Shown piece after piece: positions 1 through 9,030 of a stretch of DNA of 64,000 bases (positions are counted from its first letter, which is position 1; each line of letters starts with the position of its first letter). The stretch spans positions 57,246 through 121,245 of the forward strand of contig JAFVXY010000005.1 in NCBI GenBank assembly GCA_017500845.1, in the 5' to 3' direction. Source of the DNA: Clostridia bacterium (lineage in GTDB: Bacteria; Bacillota; Clostridia; Christensenellales; Pumilibacteraceae). A program made the translations under genes and the position numbers. Below the pieces are notes generated by a model. It ran no database searches, was not told where the DNA came from, and was given only the letters and a program-made list of their open reading frames with translations.

Positions 1-996
1 TGCCTTGGCTACAAAAATGTTATGCTCTCTGATGCAATCAAGGACCAAACAGATAAGGTTATAAGCTTTTCTAACCTTTATTACAACGAGCTTCACTCTA
101 CTCTTGCTCAAACAATCTGCGATAAAACTCCCTTTACCAAGGTATACTTTTGCAGCAGCATAAGCGATACCCTATTTATTCTTGCGACAATGGTACGCAA
201 ATACTGTGTAGAGGCTAAGGACGAGCGTGACACTATTCTTGTAGTAACTGAATCCGAGGGTAGATACGACACCCTGCAAACGCGCGACCTTAACCTTAAA
301 ACCGTGCGCCCCGACATAACGGAATTCAAAAAAGCGCTTACCGACGACGTATGCGCGGTTATGTTCTGCCCCATTGAGGTTGAGCAAGGCGTAAGGCTTA
401 ATAAATATGAGTTCATTCTTTCCGCCTATGCACTTTGCAAGTTTAAAGGCACACTTGTGCTTTGCGACGAAACGGGCATAGGTCTTGGCAGAACAGGCAA
501 AATGTTCGCCTTCGAGCAGTACGGCGTTCAGCCCGATATAGTTTTGATTGCGCGCGGCATGGGTGGCGGTATTCCTATTGCGGCAGTGCTTTCTCGCGGC
601 GAAATCGCAACCACCCTCTCGCCGTCCGACCGTATAAACACCTCGAGCATTTCGTCCATCGCTCTTGCCACATCTCTCGTGGTAGTCGAGCGACTCAAAT
701 CGGGCATGCTTGCCGAGGTAGAAGCAAAGGGCGAATATCTTATAAACAAACTAAGCAAGCTTAAAAAGCACAACTTTATAGTGGATATTCGAGGAATTGG
801 ACTGGTTGCCGGCATAGAGCTTAAAGAAAATCTCAATGCCGCAAGAGTTGTTGGACAAATGGAAAATCTTGGCTTTTTGATTGATCAAACCAACCGCAAC
901 ACCTTGCGTATTACCCCGCCCTTTACTATTTCGGAACGCGAAATCGACAGCATGTGTGACGCATTGGCGCAAATCTTCGCACAAACAAATTTGTAA
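1..996 (+). CDS. Class-III (ArgD/GabT-like) aminotransferase homolog, 5' end cut by window edge; active-site positions degenerate
   Basis: Frame 1 is open from nt 1 (CLGYKNV precedes the tracked M at 22). Family blocks are present: SNLYYNE, CDETGIGLGRTGKMFAFEQYGVQPDIV, GGGIPIAAV, LRITPPFTISEREID. The PLP-lysine position reads LIARGMGGG (Arg, CGC at 553-555). Confidence 0.8.
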   Translation, partial: CLGYKNVMLSDAIKDQTDKVISFSNLYYNELHSTLAQTICDKTPFTKVYFCSSISDTLFILATMVRKYCVEAKDERDTILVVTESEGRYDTLQTRDLNLKTVRPDITEFKKALTDDVCAVMFCPIEVEQGVRLNKYEFILSAYALCKFKGTLVLCDETGIGLGRTGKMFAFEQYGVQPDIVLIARGMGGGIPIAAVLSRGEIATTLSPSDRINTSSISSIALATSLVVVERLKSGMLAEVEAKGEYLINKLSKLKKHNFIVDIRGIGLVAGIELKENLNAARVVGQMENLGFLIDQTNRNTLRITPPFTISEREIDSMCDALAQIFAQTNL

Positions 997-1020
997 AGTT
1001 AAAGAAAAATGTTATAACTC

Positions 1021-1051
1021 AAAAGCTCTCTTGTTTTACAAGAGAGCTTTT
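1021..1051. terminator. Bidirectional intrinsic terminator between convergent genes
   Basis: Perfect 13-bp stem AAAAGCTCTCTTG / CAAGAGAGCTTTT with a 5-nt loop. A/T tracts are built into the stem ends. Confidence 0.7.
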
Positions 1052-1054
1052 ATT

Positions 1055-1636
1055 TTAGTCGTTTGATTGCAATTTATCCAAAGATAAATAAAACGCATCT
1101 ATAAAGTTTTGCATAAAATATTGTACGCATTGCATATCCGCCTTATTAAGCGCGGCTAACTGACTTTCGAATGCGCTGTTATATTCGGGGTTGCCGGCGT
1201 TTATTTCCTCTATGCACTTGATGTATGCCGAAAGCTTGTCGGCATACTTTACCACCTTGTACTCGTCACTCGTCTTGTCGGTGATATATCCCTCCAGCTC
1301 GCACTTAAGCTCGGGCGGAAGCTGAGCAATGATTTTCTGCTCTGCCTCCGACTCAAGCTCCTTATAAGCAGTCGTAATGCTGCTATTAAAGTACTTAATG
1401 GGGGTAGGTAAATCGCCCGTAAGCACCTCGCTTGTTTCGTGATAAAGCGCAATCACGGCTGCTCGGTCGGCGTTAAGATTGCCGCCGAACAGCTTATTTT
1501 GTATTACGCACAACGAATGAGCAAGGAGTGCTACACAATGTGAATGCTCGGCAACGTTCTCGTTGAAGTTACTTCGCATAAGGCTCCACCTATTGATAAA
1601 CCTCATTCTATGCAAAAAAGCGTAAAATTTGTACAT
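1055..1636 (-). CDS. yfbR: HD-domain 5'-deoxynucleotidase (YfbR family)
   Basis: FINRWSLMR..ENVAEHSHCVALLAHSL, LYHETSEVLTGDLPTPIKYFN and KYADKLSAYIKCIEE closely parallel E. coli YfbR. ATG start at 1636. Confidence 0.9.
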   Translation of the reverse strand: MYKFYAFLHRMRFINRWSLMRSNFNENVAEHSHCVALLAHSLCVIQNKLFGGNLNADRAAVIALYHETSEVLTGDLPTPIKYFNSSITTAYKELESEAEQKIIAQLPPELKCELEGYITDKTSDEYKVVKYADKLSAYIKCIEEINAGNPEYNSAFESQLAALNKADMQCVQYFMQNFIDAFYLSLDKLQSND

Positions 1637-1639
1637 TTG

Positions 1640-3616
1640 TTAGTTGTTCTTTCCCTTTATAACCTTTTCGGTAACGGTAGCAACGTTTTGGGCAGTAAGT
1701 CCGTAGTAGTCAAACAATTTTTTTGCCGGAGCCGACTTGCCGAAGGTATCCATACATACGCAAGCGCCGTCCATACCAACGTACTTGCCCCACGACATGG
1801 ACGAGCCTGCCTCTACCGCTACTCTTGCGCGAACAGCGGACGGCAAAACGCTTTCCTTGTAGTTTTCGCTTTGCTCCTCGAAGAGTCTAAAGCACGGCAT
1901 CGATACTACGCGCACCTTAATTCCGCGTGCGTCAAGAAGCTTTTGAGCCTCAAGTGCAAGGCTAACCTCCGAGCCGCTTGCCATAATGATACCGGTAAAG
2001 TTCTTTGCATCGCTGATTACGTAGCCGCCCTTAAGTGCGTTTTCGCCGGACGAAGCAAGAATGGGCAAATCCTGTCTGGACTCGATAATGCAGGTCGGGC
2101 TGTTACCCTTAACTGCGCTGATATAAGCTGCCGCTGTTTCCTTAGCGTCTGCCGGACGGAACACGTCAAGTCCGGGCATAGCACGAAGTCCCGTGAGGTG
2201 CTCTACCGGCTGATGGGTAGGTCCATCCTCGCCTACGCCAATGCTGTCGTGCGTAAACACGTACATTACGGGGAGCTCCATCATTGCGCTCATTCTAACA
2301 GCGTTCTTCATATAGTCGCTGAATGCAAAGAAGGTGGATACGTAAGTTCTGAAGCCGCCGTGAAGCTGAATGCCGTTGGCAATAGCCGCCATAGCGTGCT
2401 CGCGAATACCAAAGTGAATATATCTGCCTGCGCCGTTCTCCTTAGAAAGCGAATCCTTGCCAAGCAATGTGGTAAGGTTAGACGGACCAAGATCCGCCGA
2501 GCCGCCAACAAGTCCGGGGATCATATCCGCAAGCTTATTAAGAACGATATGACCTGCCTTTCGGGTAGCCATCTTTTCGCCCTCGAACTCGTAAAGGCTT
2601 GCTTCGTCAATCTTTACCTTGCCGCTAAGGTCGGTAATGAGTTCCTTGTACTCGGCAGGATACTTGCTTTCGTATTCTTTAAGGAGCTTGTCGTGCTCAC
2701 ACTTGAATGCCTTTTTGCGCTCGATTATTTCTGCGTAATGTGCGCGAACCTCTTGGGGAACCTCAAACGCGCCGTACTCGTAGCCAAGCGCCTTTTTGGT
2801 TGCAGCAACGCCGTCTGCGCCGAGCGGGGCACCGTGACAAGCAGACATACCTGCTTTGGGGGAAGCGAAGCCGATTACAGTCTTTACTATAATAATGCTC
2901 GGCTTTTCCTTTTCTGCCTTAGCTTGCTGGATTGCCTTGCCGATAGCCTCGATATCCTCGCCGTTTTCTACGTAAAGCACCTGCCAGCCCATGGCCTCGT
3001 GACGCTTGCCTACGTCCTCACCAAATGTAATGCTGATGTTGCCCTCGATGGTGATGTCGTTTTTGTCGTAAAGCATAATAAGCTTGTTAAGACCAAGGTT
3101 ACCTGCAAGCGAAGCCGCCTCGTAAGCAATACCCTCTTGCAAGCAGCCGTCACCCGTAAACACGTAGGTGTAGTGGTCGATGATGTCAAGTCCGGGCTTG
3201 TTGTACTTAGCCGCAAGCATCTTTTCTGCCATAGCGAAGCCTACTGCATTTGCAATACCCTGACCAAGCGGGCCGGTGGACGTTTCAACGCCCGGGCAAA
3301 TACCGTACTCGGGGTGACCGGTGGTAATTGCGCCAAATTGGCGGAAATTCTTAATCTCGTCCATGCTTACGCCGTAACCGAAAAGGTGAAGCACCGAATA
3401 CAAAAGTGCCGAGCCGTGACCAGCAGAGAGAATAAATCTGTCCCTATCCATAAAATCAGGATGCGTGGGGTCGAATTTAAGGTGATTTGCATAAAGCTCG
3501 TACGCCATGGGAGCTGCGCCCAAGGGAAGTCCCGGGTGGCCGCTTTTTGCCGCTTCGATTGCGTCGATAGACAAAGCGCGTATTGCGCTGATAGACAACT
3601 TTTGAGTGTTATTCAC
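1640..3616 (-). CDS. tkt: Transketolase
   Basis: 658 aa with SGHPG, RDRFILSAGHGS, GPLGQGI, GDGCLQEGI and HDSIGVGEDGPTHQP motifs. GTG start at 3616 with AAGGAG 8 nt upstream. Confidence 0.97.
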   Translation of the reverse strand: MNNTQKLSISAIRALSIDAIEAAKSGHPGLPLGAAPMAYELYANHLKFDPTHPDFMDRDRFILSAGHGSALLYSVLHLFGYGVSMDEIKNFRQFGAITTGHPEYGICPGVETSTGPLGQGIANAVGFAMAEKMLAAKYNKPGLDIIDHYTYVFTGDGCLQEGIAYEAASLAGNLGLNKLIMLYDKNDITIEGNISITFGEDVGKRHEAMGWQVLYVENGEDIEAIGKAIQQAKAEKEKPSIIIVKTVIGFASPKAGMSACHGAPLGADGVAATKKALGYEYGAFEVPQEVRAHYAEIIERKKAFKCEHDKLLKEYESKYPAEYKELITDLSGKVKIDEASLYEFEGEKMATRKAGHIVLNKLADMIPGLVGGSADLGPSNLTTLLGKDSLSKENGAGRYIHFGIREHAMAAIANGIQLHGGFRTYVSTFFAFSDYMKNAVRMSAMMELPVMYVFTHDSIGVGEDGPTHQPVEHLTGLRAMPGLDVFRPADAKETAAAYISAVKGNSPTCIIESRQDLPILASSGENALKGGYVISDAKNFTGIIMASGSEVSLALEAQKLLDARGIKVRVVSMPCFRLFEEQSENYKESVLPSAVRARVAVEAGSSMSWGKYVGMDGACVCMDTFGKSAPAKKLFDYYGLTAQNVATVTEKVIKGKNN

Positions 3617-3654
3617 GATATTTTCTCCTTTTACTGTTTCTTATGTAATGGCGA

Positions 3655-5109
3655 CTATTTGGTCGCAAGTTTTTTTATTCCGTCAAGGTCAATGCCGAAC
3701 GGTGCCAAAAAGTCGCAGAGCATTGCCGCCATCTCCTTGAGTCCGCCTTCTACCTTGCTTTCGATATTTATAGGAATGATGGGGTCATGCACACTCATTC
3801 TTGCCATAAAGAAGCCCTGCTGTGTATTGACACGCACGCCCTCGTACGAGGAACTAAGATTGAATTTTTCCTTACCCCACTGCTCTAATGCGGCAAGAAC
3901 TGCCTTGCCCTTATCCTTCCAATCGTCACCGACCAGCTTAATACGCACCTCGGCCTCCTCTACGGGCATAACGAGATCGCTTATAAGGCTGTCGATTTCC
4001 TTACCCTGCTTTTTAAGCTTAACTGCATTTATCAAAAGCTTTACCGCAAGATACGCGCCGTCGTCGAGGAAGTAATTTTCCTTGAATGCGGCGTGTCCCG
4101 ACGTTTCGATTGCAAGCGGAGCGCATTTGCCCTCGGCGTTAAGTCCAACCGCAAAGTCTATAACATTGCGATATCCACGCTTGTACCTTATGTGATGACC
4201 GCCACGGCTTGCTATAAAATCAGCCAGTCCGTCGCTTGTTACCGAGTCGGTAACGATATACGAGTCGGGATATTCCTTAAGGAGTATATCCGAAATAAGT
4301 GCAATAAGTCTATTGCGGTTGATTTCTACACCCGACGAGGTAACGACAGCACTACGGTCAACGTCGGTATCGAAGATGATACCAAAGTCTGCCTTAACCT
4401 CTTTTACACGGGCAGAAATGCTTGCCATCGCATCCTTGTTTTCGGGGTTGGGCTGATGGAAGGGGAATCTTCCGTCCGGCTCGAGAAATTGTGAGCCGCT
4501 TACATCTGCGCCAAGGGGAGCCAAAATTCGGCTTGCAAAGAATCCACCTGCACCGCTACCTGCATCAACCACAATCTTGTAGCCGTCAAGTCCACCAGGA
4601 AGCTCGGCAAGAATTATACGCTTAATTTCGTCACAATAAAGACCGAGGTAATCGCCTTTGTTGATTTTACCCTCGCCGCAAAGCTTTTTCCCCTCGTCCG
4701 CATAGGTGAGAACAGTTGTAAGCTGCGAGGACGAAAGCCCTCCTTGTGTCGTAAAGAATTTGAGTCCGTTTTTGTCGGACGGATGGTGACTGGCAGTAAT
4801 CATAATTCCGCCGCCACAATTGGTTGCGTCAAACTTAGTCATCATAAAGATAGAGGGTGTCGAGCACAAGCCGCAATCAAATACCTCACAGCCGCTATCC
4901 CTCAAGGCGTTTGCAGCAATGTCCGTAAGCATTTCGCCCGTAAGACGGCTGTCGTGACCTACCGCAACTCTAAGCGGCATTCCCTGCTCCTTAAGCCAAA
5001 AGGCGAAGGCAGAGGCAATATCCGCTACAGCTTGAACCGTAAGATTGACGTTTTCTCCCATAGCGGTTCCGCGCACGTCGGTTCCGCTTTTCAGCGCAAG
5101 ATAATTCAT
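3655..5109 (-). CDS. Alpha-D-phosphohexomutase (phosphoglucomutase/phosphomannomutase)
   Basis: TASHHPSDKNG phosphoserine loop, FDTDVDR metal loop and ETSGH sugar loop. ATG with AAGGAG upstream. Confidence 0.9.
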   Translation of the reverse strand: MNYLALKSGTDVRGTAMGENVNLTVQAVADIASAFAFWLKEQGMPLRVAVGHDSRLTGEMLTDIAANALRDSGCEVFDCGLCSTPSIFMMTKFDATNCGGGIMITASHHPSDKNGLKFFTTQGGLSSSQLTTVLTYADEGKKLCGEGKINKGDYLGLYCDEIKRIILAELPGGLDGYKIVVDAGSGAGGFFASRILAPLGADVSGSQFLEPDGRFPFHQPNPENKDAMASISARVKEVKADFGIIFDTDVDRSAVVTSSGVEINRNRLIALISDILLKEYPDSYIVTDSVTSDGLADFIASRGGHHIRYKRGYRNVIDFAVGLNAEGKCAPLAIETSGHAAFKENYFLDDGAYLAVKLLINAVKLKKQGKEIDSLISDLVMPVEEAEVRIKLVGDDWKDKGKAVLAALEQWGKEKFNLSSSYEGVRVNTQQGFFMARMSVHDPIIPINIESKVEGGLKEMAAMLCDFLAPFGIDLDGIKKLATK

Positions 5110-5183
5110 ATTAGCTCCTTAGTTGATATTATAAAGACTATACCACATTTCAAAAAAAATTACAACTTATTAACGGCTAAAAG

Positions 5184-5212
5184 TTGAGTTTTTGTTAAAT
5201 ATGTGCTAATAT
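5184..5212 (+). promoter_or_regulatory. Sigma-A-like promoter upstream of nadE
   Basis: TTGAGT, 17-nt spacer, TAATAT, with TG at the extended -10 position (TGcTAATAT). Confidence 0.4.
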
Positions 5213-5262
5213 ATTTTTGCAAGGCGCACAAGCGCTATTTTATCATACAAAGGAGCGAAAAT

Positions 5263-6906
5263 ATGTCTATCGTTGTAACTCTTTGCACACCGCAAATCAA
5301 GCCGGGTGCGGTAAAATCTAACACTCAAAGTATACTTGCTTGCATCGCTAAGGCAAAAAAATCGGACGTTGTTGTTTTTCCGCGGCTGTGCATTACGGGA
5401 GCAACCTGCTCGGGAATGTTTAGTTATCCTCTCCTTACCAATGCGGCAGGTGCGGCGCTTGAGCAAATTGCGGCGGCGGGCGGCAACAAAACGGTGATAA
5501 TCGGATTGCCCACAGTAAAGGACGGAAAGGTTTTCGACTCCATTGCAATAATCAAAAACGGAACGACTGCCATATACTCGCCTAAAAAGGGCATGACCGA
5601 TATTGCCGCAAGCCCATTGTGCTACGGCGAGGACATTATTCCCGACCTTGACGAGGGCGGACTTAAGGTGCGTGTACTATCGGACATTGACGAAAAGGAG
5701 GCTATCGGCGCTGACCTTGTGATTATACCCACCGCCTACCCCACGTACATTGGCGGATTAGAGGACGTATTTAGTCGCGCAAAAATGCTTCGCTCGGTTG
5801 CTATCGTTAGCGCCGGCAAGGGTGAATCGGTAAGCGGAAAAATTATGAGTGGGGACAAAATCGTATGTACGCTTGGCAAAATTGAAGAATATGCAGGCTT
5901 CGACGAGGAATCGGTTACGGCTAAGCTGGGCGTTCCAAAGAACAAGCCCTTGCCGCCAAAGTCGCCTATGCGCGAGGTTTCACTTCTTCCGCAAAGCGAC
6001 GACGAGTGCGCCCAAATGTACGAGCTTATGGGCAGAGGCGTCCTTGGCAGAATGCGGGAAATCGGTACAGACAAGGTTATTTTGGGACTAAGTGGCGGAC
6101 TGGATTCTACCAACGTGCTGGTCGCTCTTACCATGGCGTTTGATAAATACAAGCTTGACAAAAAGAACATCATTTGCGTGACTATGCGCGGTGGTGCTTC
6201 GTCCAAGCGCACGCAAGACAACTCTGCCGCACTTATTGATGGCTATAAGGTTACATCGTACAATATTCCCATAGACGCCGCAGTTACCTTGCATATGCGC
6301 TCTATTGCTCACGAGCAAAAGGACGTCGTGTACGAGAACGCACAAGCTCGTGAACGCACCCAAATTTTGCTTGACCTAAGCAACAAGTTTAACGCCCTTA
6401 TGGTAGGTACGGGCGACTTGTCCGAAATCTGCCTTGGATTTTCCACCTTTGGCGGTGACCAGCTGAGTCAATACAACCCTAACTGCTCGATTACCAAAAC
6501 GGCTATGCGCAAAATGCTGAAATACTATACTACCACAAAGCACGCAAAGCCTGTAAGCAAAATAATTGAGGATATACTCTCTACCCCAATATCTCCCGAG
6601 CTATTAAGTGGTCAAGAAACAGAAGAGATCCTCGGGCCGTATAATATCCACGACTTTTATATTACAGAAATCGTTGCAAAGAAATTAGCACCCAAGGACG
6701 TAATGGAGGACGCCATCAACCAATTCGCCATAACTCCTCAAGCCGCCGAAAAATATATGAAGACCTTACTGAATAGACTTTTTAAGTTCCAGTTCAAGCG
6801 CAACTTCGGTCCTGACGGAGTACAGATGTTCCCATACGACCTCACTGACCTAATCGTTCGCTCGGACTTTTCTCCCGAGCTTTGGCTTGACAACTGCGGA
6901 TTGTAA
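5263..6906 (+). CDS. nadE: NAD+ synthetase with N-terminal CN-hydrolase-like domain (glutaminase residues degenerate)
   Basis: C-terminal synthetase domain with GLSGGLDS P-loop and ARERTQIL, GTGDLSE blocks. I place the start at ATG 5263, preceded by AGGAG at 5251-5255; the tracked GTG at 5203 lacks an SD. Confidence 0.9.
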   Translation: MSIVVTLCTPQIKPGAVKSNTQSILACIAKAKKSDVVVFPRLCITGATCSGMFSYPLLTNAAGAALEQIAAAGGNKTVIIGLPTVKDGKVFDSIAIIKNGTTAIYSPKKGMTDIAASPLCYGEDIIPDLDEGGLKVRVLSDIDEKEAIGADLVIIPTAYPTYIGGLEDVFSRAKMLRSVAIVSAGKGESVSGKIMSGDKIVCTLGKIEEYAGFDEESVTAKLGVPKNKPLPPKSPMREVSLLPQSDDECAQMYELMGRGVLGRMREIGTDKVILGLSGGLDSTNVLVALTMAFDKYKLDKKNIICVTMRGGASSKRTQDNSAALIDGYKVTSYNIPIDAAVTLHMRSIAHEQKDVVYENAQARERTQILLDLSNKFNALMVGTGDLSEICLGFSTFGGDQLSQYNPNCSITKTAMRKMLKYYTTTKHAKPVSKIIEDILSTPISPELLSGQETEEILGPYNIHDFYITEIVAKKLAPKDVMEDAINQFAITPQAAEKYMKTLLNRLFKFQFKRNFGPDGVQMFPYDLTDLIVRSDFSPELWLDNCGL

Positions 6907-6919
6907 AAAAAACATACAC

Positions 6920-6960
6920 AAACAGCCGTAAAGGAACCACCTTTGTGGCTGTTTTCTTTT
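6920..6960 (+). terminator. Intrinsic terminator after nadE
   Basis: Stem AAACAGCC...GGCTGTTT with inner AAAGG/CCTTT pairing, followed by TTTCTTTT. Confidence 0.7.
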
Positions 6961-6985
6961 ACGCTATTATCTTTTATCTAATGCA

Positions 6986-7020
6986 AAAGGGTGATTAAAA
7001 GACTATTTTAATCACCCTTT
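6986..7020. terminator. Perfect 15-bp hairpin (bidirectional terminator-like)
   Basis: AAAGGGTGATTAAAA, loop GACTA, then TTTTAATCACCCTTT. Confidence 0.55.
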
Positions 7021-7065
7021 ATGGAGAAAAGAGAAGAGTTATTTGTCAAGTATATAATGGCAAGT

Positions 7066-7094
7066 TTGCCATTGCTAACTCACACTCTTATAAT
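7066..7094 (+). promoter_or_regulatory. Orphan consensus-like promoter in a convergent intergenic region
   Basis: TTGCCA, 17-nt spacer, TATAAT. The palindrome ATGGCAAGTTTGCCAT (7057-7072) overlaps the -35. No CDS lies downstream on this strand. Confidence 0.3.
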
Positions 7095-7194
7095 ACTATA
7101 AAATAAGAACAATGTCAAGCAGTTAGCGGGGGCTAACTAAAAATATTTTTTATTTTTTTTCGCTTTTTTGTTTGCGAAAGTCGAATACGTGTGC

Positions 7195-9021
7195 TTACTT
7201 TTTTACAGTAAGAATCAAAACATTTACGTCTGCGGGATTTACGCCGCTGATTCTGCTTGCTTGACCGATAGTAAGCGGTTTGATTCTATTCAGCTTTTCG
7301 GCGGCTTCGGCACGCAAGCCCTTTACCGTTGTATAATCGGCGACAGTAAGCTGCATGTTTTCTAGCCTCGACTGCTCCTTGCGAGCCTTTTCCTGTCTAA
7401 TTAGGTAGCCCTCGTAGCGCAACCGAATAAATACGTCACGCACGGCGGGCAGACATAATCCGTCAAATACGTTGCTAACCTTAGCAAAGTCAACGGGCGA
7501 AAGCGCCGTTCGCTTTATAAGCTGCTCGGCAGTAAGCGTGCCTACATCCTCGGCGAGAATCTCGGCAACCACTGCCCTATCTATTTTGGTCGAAAGTCTA
7601 TTTTGCGCTTCCTCTATATCCCTTTGCTTTTGGTTGAACCTATCTATACGCTCCTTGCTTGCAAGCCCTACCTCTATTGCCGTTGGCGTAAGTCGCAAGT
7701 CGGCGTTATCCTGTCTAAGGCACAGTCTATACTCACTTCGGCTTGTCATCATACGGTAAGGCTCGTCGGTACCCTTAGTCACGAGGTCGTCTATCAAAAC
7801 GCCTATATACGAATTATCTCTGCCAAAAACGATTTGCTCTTTGCCTTCCAGCTTAAGTGCGGCGTTTATGCCTGCCACTATCCCCTGTGCCGCCGCTTCC
7901 TCGTAGCCGCTTGTGCCATTGATTTGACCGGCAAAGAACAAGCCGTCGTAACTTTTGCTCATAAGAGTAGCAAAAAGCGAGGTGGGGTCTATACAGTCAT
8001 ACTCTATGGCGTATGCGTCACGCATAATGTGAATGTTCTCGAAGCCCTCTATACTGCGATATACGTCAAGCTGAACATCAGCCGGTAGCGAGGTTGATAT
8101 GCCCTGAACATACATTTCTTGCGTATTCTGCCCCTCGGGCTCTAAGAAAAACTGATGACGCTCTTTATCTGCAAAGCGCACGATTTTATCCTCAATTGCA
8201 GGGCAATACCGTGCGCCTGCACCCACTACAAGCCCAAGCTTGCGTGCTGTAAGATCAAGGTTTTCCCTTATAATATCGTGCGTTGTGGAATTGGTGTATC
8301 CCAAATAGCAATTGATTTTGTTTTGGTAGCTATCTGTTAGTGTGCAGAAAGTATAAAGTCCCTCGTCCCCCTCTTGAACCTCAAGCTTGTCAAAGTCCAC
8401 GCTGTCACGCTTGATTCGTGCCGGCGTGCCTGTTTTGAATCTGCGAAGCTCGAAACCAAGCTGTGTAAGGCTGTCCGAGAGGTAATTTGAACGCATAAAC
8501 GAGGACGGTCCCTTTTGCTCCTTTACCGTACCCGTGATGATTTCCGATTTTAGATAGACGCCCGAGCATACGATTACGCACGGCGCATAAAAGGTTTGCT
8601 GCATGGTTTGTACGCCCACAACCTTATTATCGGAAGCCAATATACTTTTAACCTCGGCTTGGCGCAGGTACAAATTGGGGCAGTTTTCTAAGACAGATTT
8701 CATATAGCTATGATAGCCAAACTTATCCACCTGACCGCGCAACGACTGCACTGCAGGTCCCTTAGAAGAATTGAGCATACGTAACTGCAAAACATTGTTA
8801 TCTGCCGCCCTGCCAATTTCACCGCCTAAGGCATCGACCTCGCAAACTAAATGCCCCTTTGCCGTTCCGCCAATACTTGGGTTGCAGGCAAGGTAGCCGA
8901 TATTGTCAAGGCTGATGGACAGCATAAGAGTCTTGTGTCCCTTACGTGCAAGAGCAAGACCCGCCTCGATTCCGGCGTGTCCTGCTCCTATTACTATTGC
9001 TTCATATTGATTTTGAACCAT
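7195..9021 (-). CDS. mnmG: tRNA uridine 5-carboxymethylaminomethyl modification enzyme MnmG (GidA)
   Basis: 608 aa. N-terminal FAD fold [16 protein letters not shown], then [24 protein letters not shown] and a C-terminal GVNPADV helix. Confidence 0.97.
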   Translation of the reverse strand: MVQNQYEAIVIGAGHAGIEAGLALARKGHKTLMLSISLDNIGYLACNPSIGGTAKGHLVCEVDALGGEIGRAADNNVLQLRMLNSSKGPAVQSLRGQVDKFGYHSYMKSVLENCPNLYLRQAEVKSILASDNKVVGVQTMQQTFYAPCVIVCSGVYLKSEIITGTVKEQKGPSSFMRSNYLSDSLTQLGFELRRFKTGTPARIKRDSVDFDKLEVQEGDEGLYTFCTLTDSYQNKINCYLGYTNSTTHDIIRENLDLTARKLGLVVGAGARYCPAIEDKIVRFADKERHQFFLEPEGQNTQEMYVQGISTSLPADVQLDVYRSIEGFENIHIMRDAYAIEYDCIDPTSLFATLMSKSYDGLFFAGQINGTSGYEEAAAQGIVAGINAALKLEGKEQIVFGRDNSYIGVLIDDLVTKGTDEPYRMMTSRSEYRLCLRQDNADLRLTPTAIEVGLASKERIDRFNQKQRDIEEAQNRLSTKIDRAVVAEILAEDVGTLTAEQLIKRTALSPVDFAKVSNVFDGLCLPAVRDVFIRLRYEGYLIRQEKARKEQSRLENMQLTVADYTTVKGLRAEAAEKLNRIKPLTIGQASRISGVNPADVNVLILTVKK

Positions 9022-9030
9022 TATTATATC

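Noticed and set aside
1544-4075. 843-aa plus-strand ORF spanning the tkt and phosphohexomutase region
   Set aside because: It lies antisense to two genes with unmistakable family motifs. Its own translation is low-complexity (Cys/Ala/Leu/Arg-rich) with no motif, no SD and no independent signals. It is a typical shadow ORF.
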